From positions 1 to 17,786 of the forward strand of contig JAUQYZ020000144.1 in NCBI GenBank assembly GCA_030587475.2: DNA of 17,786 nt. Direction: 5' to 3'. The position numbers and the translations under genes are program-made. Positions 15,857 through 17,786 of the stretch are shown one piece after another; position 1 is the first letter of the stretch; every line of letters begins with the position of its first letter. This stretch comes from Candidatus Sigynarchaeum calidifontis (GTDB taxonomy: Archaea > Asgardarchaeota > Lokiarchaeia > Sigyniarchaeales > Sigyniarchaeaceae). A model generated the notes under the pieces. It was not told the origin of the DNA and did no database searches. It saw only the letters and a list, made by a program, of their open reading frames with translations.

Positions 15857-16090
15857 CTATCGGCACCGCGCCGCTCGACCAATACATGCCCGATCGCGTG
15901 GTCGATCGTCGACGGCTGGCGAGCAAGGTGTAACGCGGCCGCGAAAATGGCAAGATGATTACGGCATGCGCGTAATGGAATTACGCGCGCGCCCGGGCTC
16001 GTGTACACGGAACCTTGCCATTTCGTGGTAAAAAAGTCCTCGATCGTGAAAGCAAGCGATCCCGGGCATGTATCCCCGCCACCAGGCTCG

Positions 16091-16157
16091 CCAGGGCGCG
16101 CGATCCCCGACCCACCCCCCCCGCAATACCCGCAATACCCGCGAACCCGCGCCCTGG
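16091..16157. repeat. 10-bp inverted repeat enclosing C-runs and a short CCCGCAATA tandem repeat
   Basis: CCAGGGCGCG (16091-16100) pairs with CGCGCCCTGG (16148-16157). CCCGCAATA occurs twice, followed by a degenerate CCCGCGAA. Confidence 0.85.
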
Positions 16158-16278
16158 ATCAACCCCGCGACGATCGCGAAGGCCGCCACGGCGGCGAGTG
16201 CGCGCCCCGCCCGGCGCTTAAAATGCCGGGAGCATCGCGCGTGAACGGTCGTTAGCGAAACGGTCTCTTGAAACAGCA

Positions 16279-17715
16279 TCATGGCTTGGTCAGGGTCGCC
16301 GAGTCGGCGATGGTGCCGTTCGCGTACATGCCGTAGATGTCCAGCGAGTTACCGCGGATCACGTACTTCCCGTACATGACCTCGCCGGTGATGTACGCTT
16401 GCGAACCGGGAATGCCCGCGCCTCGCCAGGTGTCGGGCGAGACCGTCGCCGTGATCATGTACGTGATGGTACCACGCGTGATGCGCTGGTAGTGGTGGTC
16501 GTGCCCCGATATGACGAGGTCCACGCCCCCGGCCTCGAAGATCGGGGCGAGTTTCTCCGCCACGCCGGTCGTCCCCTCGCCGCTGTTGCCCGAGGAATAC
16601 AGCGGGCAGTGGGTCGCGACGACGATCCAGTCGTCCGGGTCGATGGCGGCGAGTGTTTGCCTCAGCCAATCCTCCTGGCCTTGCGTGAACGTTTCCAACC
16701 CCCATTCCACGTCGAGTATAATAAAATGCACGTCCCCTACGTCGACCTGGTACCAGAACGGCGAGCCGGGGCCGGAACCAACCCCGCGGAAATAGCGGCC
16801 GAAGTTGTCCCTCCCGAAGAACATGCCGTCGTGGTTGCCCATCACCGGCAGCCGGGGTGCCGCTGGCAACCCGGCGGTCGTTCCGGGGTACACCGCGCGC
16901 GTCGCCTGGAAATACTTTCCCCAGTCCTCGGCCTTGCTGCCCATGTCGGTGAGGTCCCCGGCCTCGATGACGAGATCCGGGCGCTCCGCGGCCATCATCG
17001 CCGCGAGGGTGGCGGGAAAAACAGAATGGATGTCCGAGATGGACAGGAAGGTGAAGCCGCCGGACGAGTTGCGGGGGGCGGTCTTGCAGAACCGGACCTC
17101 GTCCATGCCCGCGGGAACGGGCTGCGACGAGCTCGAATTTGCAACGACGCGGTACTTGTATGTCGAGTTCGGGAGCAACCCCTCGAGGAAAAACCGGTGG
17201 AAGGTCCCGTCGCCGTGGTCGAATGTTTGCATCGGCGTTCCCGACCCGCCGAGCTCGTACTCGACCACCATGTTCCGCTGTGCCGAGGGCGTGTAGCAAG
17301 CCAGGACGATCGCCGACGACGGGTTCCCGCCGGGTAACACGACCAGCTGCGTGTGCTGCGATAGCACGGAGCCCCCGCCAAGGCTGACGAACGCCGTGGT
17401 GCTCGCGACGATGATGATCAGGGTGCTCGCGTGCGCGAACTTGTAATGCCCTTTACCCCTGGTCCTCGCCATCTTGACCGCGAAACACGCATCGATCGTG
17501 ATGCACGCGAAGAGAAATGCCCACGCCACGTAAATCCATGGCCTGAGTGATGCGATCTCGGCACCGGCCGCGTAGCCGGAAGCCCACCAGATCCAGAAGC
17601 CACCGGCAAACACCCACCCGCTGAAAACGGCAGATACAACCGTGCAAGCAGCGAGAAGGATGGTGATGGGCATCCAGTACCTCGCCTGGAACGGTTTTCT
17701 CGGTGTTGCTGCCAT
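16279..17715 (-). CDS. Membrane-anchored calcineurin-like metallophosphoesterase (purple acid phosphatase-like, with FN3-like domain)
   Basis: Three N-terminal hydrophobic segments, then an FN3-like H...LEGLLPNSTYKYRV segment. The metal motifs are SDIH, AGDL, MGNHD, THCPLY and SGHDHHYQR. The start is ATG 17715 or 17751. Confidence 0.92.
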   Translation of the reverse strand: MAATPRKPFQARYWMPITILLAACTVVSAVFSGWVFAGGFWIWWASGYAAGAEIASLRPWIYVAWAFLFACITIDACFAVKMARTRGKGHYKFAHASTLIIIVASTTAFVSLGGGSVLSQHTQLVVLPGGNPSSAIVLACYTPSAQRNMVVEYELGGSGTPMQTFDHGDGTFHRFFLEGLLPNSTYKYRVVANSSSSQPVPAGMDEVRFCKTAPRNSSGGFTFLSISDIHSVFPATLAAMMAAERPDLVIEAGDLTDMGSKAEDWGKYFQATRAVYPGTTAGLPAAPRLPVMGNHDGMFFGRDNFGRYFRGVGSGPGSPFWYQVDVGDVHFIILDVEWGLETFTQGQEDWLRQTLAAIDPDDWIVVATHCPLYSSGNSGEGTTGVAEKLAPIFEAGGVDLVISGHDHHYQRITRGTITYMITATVSPDTWRGAGIPGSQAYITGEVMYGKYVIRGNSLDIYGMYANGTIADSATLTKP

Positions 17716-17786
17716 CGGTGCGACGCCTGGGAAACGAAGAGGGCTCCTCATGAAAGACGGGAAGGAGAAGGTTCGCTTCCAAATTG

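Noticed and set aside
16105-16154. CRISPR array or iteron set
   Set aside because: There are only two and a half 9-nt units with no spacers and no cas or rep genes.
15959-16282. 107-aa minus-strand ORF overlapping the phosphoesterase stop
   Set aside because: It has one hydrophobic stretch but runs through the low-complexity G-run repeat and has no family motif. It is not supportable as a gene, though the ATGA-type overlap means it is not fully excluded.
1-17786. Frequent CGATCG/TCGA words as a HIP1-like repeat
   Set aside because: They are explainable by ATC/GTC/CTC-GAN codon usage in a GC-rich genome. I could not compute enrichment, so I make no claim.

Overview
This GC-rich archaeal window very probably comes from an Asgard archaeon (Lokiarchaeia-like). 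That placement is an inference from a near-eukaryotic 'Lokiactin' gene at 14523-15671, TATA boxes about 25-30 nt upstream of several starts, and oligo-T terminators. The left part holds the 3' end of an M3 oligoendopeptidase, a small membrane protein, an aldo/keto reductase, a 61-aa zinc-ribbon microprotein, an orphan Zim/M.MthZI-like (probably CTAG m4C) DNA methyltransferase, a Gfo/Idh/MocA oxidoreductase and a multi-domain protein with a cryptic histone fold. The middle holds a radical SAM/SPASM enzyme, a 5'-truncated THEP1-type NTPase remnant, a membrane protein, a macrodomain protein and a frameshifted TspO-like gene. The 3' end of the TspO-like gene is repeated exactly 1200 bp downstream, with a RelE/ParE toxin-antitoxin pair between the two copies. 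The right part holds an orphan Dam-type methyltransferase with a PCNA-box-like N-terminal motif, an IbrA/IbrB (PAPS-reductase + ParB/Srx) pair, actin, a structured 600-bp intergenic region and a membrane-anchored metallophosphoesterase. The most interesting leads are the histone-fold fusion protein and a candidate DNA-modification module (ibrA-ibrB-dam with a PIP box) directly downstream of actin. All family calls come from motif recognition by eye; no searches were run.
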